Part shown: positions 18,078 to 23,390 of the stretch, in pieces
Layout of the letters: the number at the start of each line of letters is the position of its first letter
How positions within the stretch are numbered: the first letter of the stretch is position 1
Virus record (IMG/VR): IMGVR_UViG_2537561977_000031
Coordinates: 1-23,390 of that record
Direction: 5' to 3' (one strand)
Source: a virus
Lineage: Duplodnaviria > Heunggongvirae > Uroviricota > Caudoviricetes
Length of the DNA: 23,390 nt
Notes under the pieces: generated by a model
What the model saw: only the letters and a program-made list of their open reading frames with translations
Told to the model about the DNA's origin: nothing
The model's database searches: none
Program-made: the position numbers and the translations under genes

Positions 18078-18844
18078 ATGCCGTAATTATTGCCAACGCA
18101 GAAATCGTGCCGATTGAGTTTAATGGCGAGCGTGTTGTTACGTATCAAATGATTGCTGATATTCACGGGGTTCCAGTAGCCACTATTCAAAATGGCTATG
18201 CGCGAAACTCTGAGTATTTCATAGACAGGGAAGATACATATTTTATTGATTTTCATGAAAATACCTTTAGAAGGGGTTTTGAAATTCCTCCTCGTGGCAT
18301 GCGAGTTTTCACTGAATCAGGCTATTTGATGCTGGTTAAAACCCTGCGCGACGAGACGGCGTGGAGAGTGCAACGTGAGCTTGTTCGCAATTATTTTCGT
18401 GGCCAAAAAGAAGATAAGTCAGCCTTGCCCGACTTCACAAACCCTGCTGAAGCCGCCAGAGCGTGGGCAAACGAATATGAGCAGAAAGTGAAGCTGGAGC
18501 AACAACTCGCGATTGCCGCACCTAAAGTTGAGTTTGCCGATCGCGTTGGCGAGGCCAGCGGAATTTTGATTGGAAACTTTGCAAAGGTTGTTGGTATTGG
18601 CCCAAACAAACTGTTTGCGTGGATGCGTGATCACAAAATCCTTATTGCTTCAGGTTCCCGGCGCAATGTGCCAATGCAGGAATATATGGATCGCGGCTAT
18701 TTCACAGTGAAAGAAACAGCGGTCAACACAAATCACGGAATACAGATATCGTTCACCACAAAAATCACCGGGCGTGGTCAACAGTGGCTGACCAGAAAGC
18801 TGCTCGATAACGGAATGCTGAAAGTAACAGGGGAGGCTGCATGA
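18074..18844 (+). CDS. Phage antirepressor (ORF6N-like N-terminal domain plus KilAC C-terminal domain), 256 aa
   Basis: SD AAGGAGG; C-terminal FADRVGEASGILIGNFAKVVGIGPNKLFAWMRDHKILI...RRNVPMQEYMDRGYFTV resembles KilAC; ATG overlaps Rha stop. Confidence 0.7.
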   Translation: MNAVIIANAEIVPIEFNGERVVTYQMIADIHGVPVATIQNGYARNSEYFIDREDTYFIDFHENTFRRGFEIPPRGMRVFTESGYLMLVKTLRDETAWRVQRELVRNYFRGQKEDKSALPDFTNPAEAARAWANEYEQKVKLEQQLAIAAPKVEFADRVGEASGILIGNFAKVVGIGPNKLFAWMRDHKILIASGSRRNVPMQEYMDRGYFTVKETAVNTNHGIQISFTTKITGRGQQWLTRKLLDNGMLKVTGEAA

Positions 18845-19203
18845 ATGAGTACAGATTCACGCTTCCATACCCACCATCGCTGAATACCTACTGGCGAAGA
18901 CGGGGAAGCCAATACTACATCAGCGATAAAGGCCAGAAATACCGAAAAGACGTTCAGCAAATCATCCGCCAACTCAAGTTAGATATTTTCACCAAAGCAC
19001 GACTCCGCATCAAAGTCATCGCAGACGTTCCAGACTCCCGCCGCCGCGACCTCGACAACATCCTGAAGGGGCTACTCGACTCTCTTATCCACGCCGGATT
19101 TGCGGAAGACGACGAGCAATTCGATGACATTCGCGTAATTCGTGGTGTGAAAGTACCAGGCGGAAGGCTTGGAATAAAAATCACCGAACTGGAGAACGTA
19201 TGA
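18841..19203 (+). CDS. rusA: RusA-type Holliday junction resolvase
   Basis: 120 aa; FTLPYPPSLNTYWRRRG...DSRRRDLDNILKGLLDSL...GGRLGIKITE. Confidence 0.85.
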   Translation: MNEYRFTLPYPPSLNTYWRRRGSQYYISDKGQKYRKDVQQIIRQLKLDIFTKARLRIKVIADVPDSRRRDLDNILKGLLDSLIHAGFAEDDEQFDDIRVIRGVKVPGGRLGIKITELENV

Positions 19204-19388
19204 ACGCCACAATTCAAACGATACCAGAGCTTCTTATCCAGACACGAGGCAATCAGACCGAAGTGGCGAGGATGCTTTCCTGCGCAAGAGGAACAGTGCT
19301 CAAGTACAACCGAGACAGCAAAGGCGAGCGTCACGTAATAGTTAACGGCGTCCTGATGGTCAAACAGGGCAAGAGGGGAAGACGATGA
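19200..19388 (+). CDS. ninH: NinH-like small DNA-binding protein
   Basis: 62 aa; ...IPELLIQTRGNQTEVARMLSCARGTVLKYNRD... resembles lambda NinH. Confidence 0.65.
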   Translation: MNATIQTIPELLIQTRGNQTEVARMLSCARGTVLKYNRDSKGERHVIVNGVLMVKQGKRGRR

Positions 19389-20008
19389 GACTCGAAAGCG
19401 TAGCTAAATTTCATTCGCCAAAAAGCCCGATGATGAGCGACTCACCACGGGCTACGGCTTCTGACTCTCTTTCCGGTACTGATGTGATGGCTGCTATGGG
19501 GATGGCGCAATCACAAGCCGGATTCGGAATGGCTGCATTTTGCGGTAAGCATGAACTCAGCCAGAACGACAAACAAAAGGCTATCAACTATCTGATGCAA
19601 TTTGCACACAAGGTATCGGGGAAATACCGTGGTGTGGCAAAGCTCGAAGGAAATACTAAGGCAAAGGTACTGCAAGTGCTCGCAACATTCGCTTATGCGG
19701 ATTATTGCCGTAGTGCCGCGACGCCGGGCGCAAGATGCAGAGATTGCCACGGAACAGGTCTGGCAGTTGATATAGCCAAAACAGAGCAGTGGGGGAGAGT
19801 TGTCGAGAAAGAGTGCGGAAGATGCAAAGGTGTCGGCTATTCAAGGATGCCAGCAAGTGCAGCATATCGCGCTGTAACGATGCTAATCCCAAACCTCACC
19901 CAACCCACATGGTCACGCACTGTTAAGCCGCTGTATGACGCTCTGGTGGTGCAATGCCACAAAGAAGAGTCAATCGCAGACAACATTTTGAATGCGGTCA
20001 CACGTTAG
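19385..20008 (+). CDS. Q: Late antiterminator Q (lambda-type, 207 aa)
   Basis: MRLESVAKFHSPKSPMMSDSPRATASDSLSGTDVMAAMGMAQSQAGFGMAAFCGKHELSQNDKQKAINYLMQF... matches lambda Q as I recall it. Confidence 0.95.
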   Translation: MRLESVAKFHSPKSPMMSDSPRATASDSLSGTDVMAAMGMAQSQAGFGMAAFCGKHELSQNDKQKAINYLMQFAHKVSGKYRGVAKLEGNTKAKVLQVLATFAYADYCRSAATPGARCRDCHGTGLAVDIAKTEQWGRVVEKECGRCKGVGYSRMPASAAYRAVTMLIPNLTQPTWSRTVKPLYDALVVQCHKEESIADNILNAVTR

Positions 20009-20050
20009 CGGCATGATTGCCATGGATGGCAACATCTTAACGGCATGATA

Positions 20051-20079
20051 TTGACTTTTTGAATAAAGTTGGGTAAATT
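20051..20079 (+). promoter_or_regulatory. Late promoter pR' (lambda-type) with adjacent qut region
   Basis: -35 TTGACT (20051-20056), 17-nt spacer, -10 TAAATT (20074-20079); flanking sequence matches lambda pR' as I recall it. Confidence 0.7.
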
Positions 20080-20268
20080 TGACTCAAGAATGGCAGGTTT
20101 ATATCCGTTCACATTCTTTCGGTTTTTTACCCACCTCATCTTTAAGTTGTGACTGCTCCCCGCCCTGTCGGGCGAGGGTTTACGGCGTTTTTCGCTAAGC
20201 GCACTGACATGCGCATCATAAACTCGGGAGCACATAGGAATAGAGCCTGCTTTCGGGATTTTTTATTT

Positions 20269-20343
20269 GGGTCAGTCGTATAAAGGTCATTACGGAAGGC
20301 TGTTAACCTTCTTATCGTGGTTCGAGTCCACGCTGTCCCGCCA
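20269..20343 (+). tRNA. tRNA-like gene, anticodon GTT (Asn) by manual fold; one U-U mismatch in acceptor stem and a 3-bp D stem
   Basis: Acceptor GGGTCAG/CTGTCCC, anticodon stem GAAGG/CCTTC with loop CTGTTAA, T arm CGTGG-TTCGAGT-CCACG, discriminator G, encoded CCA. Confidence 0.5.
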
Positions 20344-20348
20344 AATAT

Positions 20349-20424
20349 GCTGGTTTAGCTCTAATGGTAGAGCAGTCGCCTTGTAAGCGAATGGGTAGCG
20401 GTTCAAGTCCGTTAACCAGCACCA
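20349..20424 (+). tRNA. tRNA gene, anticodon TGT (Thr) by manual fold
   Basis: Perfect 7-bp acceptor GCTGGTT/AACCAGC, D arm GCTC-TAATGGTA-GAGC, anticodon loop CTTGTAA, T loop TTCAAGT, encoded CCA. Confidence 0.65.
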
Positions 20425-20540
20425 TAACTGAGCCGTAGCCACTGGCTATCCTGAATTCATCAGTGACAGTTACGCTGCGGCCTTCTTTTCCCCTTCCCAA
20501 TATAAGAACTACGCCATCCGTTATTTGCGGAGGTGAGGCT

Positions 20541-20756
20541 ATGAAATCCATGGACAAAATTTCAACGGGCATTGCCTACGGCACCTCCGCCGGCAGTGCC
20601 GGCTACTGGTTTTTGCAGTGGTTGGATCAGGTCAGTCCGTCACAGTGGGCTGCGATTGGTGTGCTGGGAAGTCTGCTTCTGGGGCTTCTGACTTATCTGA
20701 CAAATCTGTATTTCAAAATAAGAGAAGACAAGCGTAAGGCTGCGCGGGGAGAGTAA
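20541..20756 (+). CDS. S: Phage-21-type pinholin S21 with dual start (MKSMDK...), 71 aa
   Basis: [71 protein letters not shown]; SD GGAGGTGAGG before ATG 20541. Confidence 0.85.
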   Translation: MKSMDKISTGIAYGTSAGSAGYWFLQWLDQVSPSQWAAIGVLGSLLLGLLTYLTNLYFKIREDKRKAARGE

Positions 20757-20760
20757 TTCA

Positions 20761-21177
20761 ATGACACAAAACTATGAACTGATTGTGAAAGGGATCCGCA
20801 ATTTTGAGAATAAAGTTGCGGTAACTTTAGCGTTACGGGACAAAAAACGCTTTGACGGTGAAATTTTTGACCTGGACATCTCGCTGGACCGTGTTGAAGG
20901 TGCCGCGCTGGAGTTTTATGAGGCAGCGGCCAGAATGAGAATCAGACAGGTATTCCTGGATGTTGCTGCCGGGTTATGTGAAGGGGATGAGCAGTCGCCG
21001 GAAAAGCGCCCCATAATTTTAGAGGCGCAGAATGTGTGGATAACCTACAAAGGAAAGCTACCGGGAAGAATTACTGGTTCTCTGAAGACGCCACCGACGG
21101 CATTGCGGTCAGAAAAAGATGATATTGAATCGCCCATTGAAAAACTGGAGAAAATTGTCGGTGCTGATTCCTTCTGA
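20761..21177 (+). CDS. Hypothetical protein (138 aa) inserted between holin and endolysin
   Basis: Track ORF beginning 5 nt after the holin stop; no family recognised. Confidence 0.6.
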   Translation: MTQNYELIVKGIRNFENKVAVTLALRDKKRFDGEIFDLDISLDRVEGAALEFYEAAARMRIRQVFLDVAAGLCEGDEQSPEKRPIILEAQNVWITYKGKLPGRITGSLKTPPTALRSEKDDIESPIEKLEKIVGADSF

Positions 21178-21185
21178 AGATGAAA

Positions 21186-21215
21186 AACGCCGCGATGAGC
21201 AGTTTGCGGCGTTTT
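21186..21215 (+). terminator. Weak candidate terminator after the 138-aa gene
   Basis: Hairpin AACGCCGC...GCGGCGTT followed by TTTT. Confidence 0.3.
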
Positions 21216-21608
21216 ACGATTATTGCATTGAAGTTACTCGCAGGAATTTTGTGAAGATTTTTGAGGAGGGTAAATCTCTTCAGTAAGCTTAATGGCGGAC
21301 GCTGCAATTAATTCAGGAAGGTCCGCAAGGTCATCTGTCAGTGGATATGATGAAAAAATCGGCGGCAGTTCTGTTAAGAAGCGCTTTAACTAATTCCTTT
21401 TCCTTCTCCGGCAACAAGTTGATTAGAGCTACGACTGCTTGCCTGAGTGCGATTAAATCAGCAAAAGTTTGTTTTGGTAGATTTGTGTAATCCGTAGTCA
21501 CCTCTGTGTTTATCAGATTGACATCCTCCTCCCGCCAGTGCCCATCACTGGCGAGGTAAGATTTAACATATCCGGGGATTTGAAGCCGATAAATCCTGAT
21601 AAATATCC

Positions 21609-22142
21609 ATGAACGTAAAAATCAGATATGGCCTGTCGGCTGCCGTTCTGGCACTGATTGCTATCGGTGCGCCTGCGCCTGATATTCTCGACCAGTTTCT
21701 GGATGAAAAAGAAGGTAACCACACTACGGCATACCGCGATGGTTCCGGCATCTGGACCATCTGTCGGGGTGCCACGATGGTGGATGGTAAACCCGTTTTT
21801 CCCGGTATGAAACTGTCGAAGGAAAAATGCGACCAGGTTAACGCCATTGAACGTGATAAGGCGCTGGCATGGGTGGAGCGCAATATTAAAGTACCACTGA
21901 CCGAACCACAAAAAGCGGGTATAGCGTCATTTTGCCCCTATAACATTGGCCCCGGTAAGTGTTTCCCGTCGACGTTTTATAAGCGGCTGAATGCCGGTGA
22001 TCGTAAGGGCGCATGCGAGGCGATTCGCTGGTGGATAAAAGATGTTGGGCGCGATTGCCGCATACGTTCAAATAACTGCTATGGACAGGTTATTCGTCGT
22101 GACCAGGAAAGCGCATTAGCCTGTTGGGGGATAGATCAATGA
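21609..22142 (+). CDS. R: SAR endolysin (T4-lysozyme-type muramidase with N-terminal signal-anchor-release segment)
   Basis: N-terminal [16 protein letters not shown] weakly hydrophobic segment; catalytic-region pattern [22 protein letters not shown]; no obvious SD upstream. Confidence 0.8.
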   Translation: MNVKIRYGLSAAVLALIAIGAPAPDILDQFLDEKEGNHTTAYRDGSGIWTICRGATMVDGKPVFPGMKLSKEKCDQVNAIERDKALAWVERNIKVPLTEPQKAGIASFCPYNIGPGKCFPSTFYKRLNAGDRKGACEAIRWWIKDVGRDCRIRSNNCYGQVIRRDQESALACWGIDQ

Positions 22143-22606
22143 GCAGAGTCACCGCGATTATCTCCGCTCTGGTTATCTGCATCATCGTCTGCCTGTCATG
22201 GGCTGTTAATCATTACCGTGATAACGCCATTACCTACAAAGAGCAGCGCGACAAAAACGCAAGAGAACTGAAGCTGGCGAACGCAACCATTACTGACATG
22301 CAGCAGCGCCAGCGTGATGCTGATGCACTCGATGCTAAATACACGAAGGAGTTAGCTGATGCGAAAGCTGAAAATGATGCTCTTCGGCGCAAGCTTGATA
22401 ATGGTGGTCGGGTGCTCGTCAAAGGAAAATGCCCTGTGCCATCCTCAGCCGAAACCTCCAGCGCCTCCGGCATGGGCAATGATGCCACCGTCGAACTCTC
22501 TCCAGTTGCTGGACGAAACGTTCTCGGTATCCGGGACGGAATCATCAGCGACCAGACAGCATTGAGAATGCTTCAGGAGTACATCAGGACTCAGTGCCTG
22601 AAATAA
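22139..22606 (+). CDS. Rz: Rz i-spanin
   Basis: [49 protein letters not shown]... matches lambda Rz N-terminus; ATG overlaps endolysin stop. Confidence 0.9.
   Translation: MSRVTAIISALVICIIVCLSWAVNHYRDNAITYKEQRDKNARELKLANATITDMQQRQRDADALDAKYTKELADAKAENDALRRKLDNGGRVLVKGKCPVPSSAETSSASGMGNDATVELSPVAGRNVLGIRDGIISDQTALRMLQEYIRTQCLK
22359..22565 (+). CDS. Rz1: Rz1 o-spanin lipoprotein, embedded in the +1 frame of Rz
   Basis: [23 protein letters not shown] lipobox followed by Pro-rich segment [11 protein letters not shown]. Confidence 0.8.
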   Translation: MRKLKMMLFGASLIMVVGCSSKENALCHPQPKPPAPPAWAMMPPSNSLQLLDETFSVSGTESSATRQH

Positions 22607-22639
22607 ATTTTTTTGCAAATCACAAAGTCCATTTAATGA

Positions 22640-22662
22640 GCCTCGCACTTGCGGGGCTTTTA
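22640..22662 (+). terminator. Rho-independent terminator after the lysis cassette
   Basis: Hairpin GCCTCGC-ACTT-GCGGGGC followed by TTTT. Confidence 0.55.
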
Positions 22663-22808
22663 TATGTCCGCAGTAAACCGCGCATCGCAGCGCGTAACAA
22701 TCCCGAGTCTTTCAGAAAGCTGAGCCTGAGAACTGCCGTATAGGTGAGGACCTCTCGGGGACGGCTTTTCTGTGCGAACAGGCTCAACTTTCTAAAGGAA
22801 ATACCGAC

Positions 22809-23390
22809 ATGAACAAATCATTAACCGTTCTTCCTTCTGGCGAATACCCGACCATGAGCAGTCTTGAGATGGTGGATTACATTAATGCTGATCGGAAATC
22901 CAAAGCGGAGGCGGAGGGGCTTGCGTTCCCCTGTAAGAAATATCGCAAACTCGAACACCGCAGTTTCATGAAGAAAGTACCCAGGGTCCTCGGGGATGCA
23001 GCTGCAAAATTTTTTGCAACTGATACCTATATCAACGGAACAGGTGGTGTTGTGGAGAGGGATATTTGCAATTTTCCCAAGCGTGAAGCTTGCCTCATGG
23101 CAATGAGCTACAGCTATGAGCTTCAGGCGCAGGTGTATGACCACATGACGGAGCTTGAGGGCGGGAAGGACATTAACCTCCTCGATTTCTCTGGCCTGAC
23201 CGATATGGCAATCAGCGAAATGCAAAACCGTGTCGCGGCTGCTGAGAAGTTCTCATTTGAAATGCACGGTCAAGCAGGTAGCGCTCTCATGACTCGTCGG
23301 AAGAAAGAGAAGAAGGCCATTAAAAAGGCTGAGCAGCTTGTGAAGGATCTGATTCAGTTCAAGCTATGTGACATGGGGGAGTTTCCCTGA
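22809..23390 (+). CDS. Rha-like phage regulatory protein (193 aa)
   Basis: MSSLEMVDYINADRK... and ...CLMAMSYSYELQAQVYDHM pattern resembling the Rha domain; stop at the window end. Confidence 0.5.
   Translation: MNKSLTVLPSGEYPTMSSLEMVDYINADRKSKAEAEGLAFPCKKYRKLEHRSFMKKVPRVLGDAAAKFFATDTYINGTGGVVERDICNFPKREACLMAMSYSYELQAQVYDHMTELEGGKDINLLDFSGLTDMAISEMQNRVAAAEKFSFEMHGQAGSALMTRRKKEKKAIKKAEQLVKDLIQFKLCDMGEFP

Noticed and set aside
20424-20541. Possible stx or other toxin cargo between the tRNA genes and the holin
   Set aside because: Only ~116 bp of sequence, with no ORF; the stx slot is empty.
21331-21501. 56-aa minus-strand frame in the gap between the 138-aa gene and the endolysin
   Set aside because: Only a GTG overlapping an AGAGG motif could serve as start and there is no ATG; kept only as a note within the lysis-cassette finding.
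21513-21911. 132-aa and 106-aa minus-strand ORFs overlapping the endolysin
   Set aside because: Antisense to the SAR endolysin; no recognisable family or start signals.

Overview
This window is a ~23 kb stretch of a decayed lambdoid prophage (Enterobacteriaceae; E. coli/Shigella-like, judged by IS1/IS3/IS110-type insertions), running from the integrase end to the lysis cassette. All calls come from reading the sequence and the ORF track against remembered protein families; no searches were run. Left arm, minus strand: a lambda-like int N-terminus cut by an IS3-family element that runs off the left edge, xis, AntA-like and ORF6N antirepressor-type cassettes, DUF551-like and Ea22-like genes with a chain of coupled small ORFs, exo, bet, and a gam remnant truncated by IS1 with no target duplication. 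Immunity region: two unknown genes directly downstream of an HTH/S24-peptidase CI repressor (the lambda rexAB position), a divergent operator region, a Cro-like gene, a P22-type boxB-like hairpin and a CII homolog. Replication: an O-like initiator carrying iteron-like repeats is split by an IS110-family element whose structured 5' end is a bridge-RNA candidate. The most unusual feature follows: a Toprim primase / SF4 helicase fusion with a LAGLIDADG homing-endonuclease intein at its P-loop, broken by a 1-nt frameshift in a T6 run. Right arm: ninB, ninE, a higBA toxin-antitoxin pair on the opposite strand, a promoter-hairpin-terminator element (sRNA or attenuator candidate) ahead of an ORF6N gene, Rha and ORF6N/KilAC antirepressor-type genes, rusA, ninH, lambda-type Q, pR', two tRNA genes with no stx, a phage-21-type pinholin, an unknown gene plus ~430 bp inserted before the SAR endolysin, Rz/Rz1 and a Rha-like gene. 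Three IS insertions plus the frameshift argue the prophage is defective.
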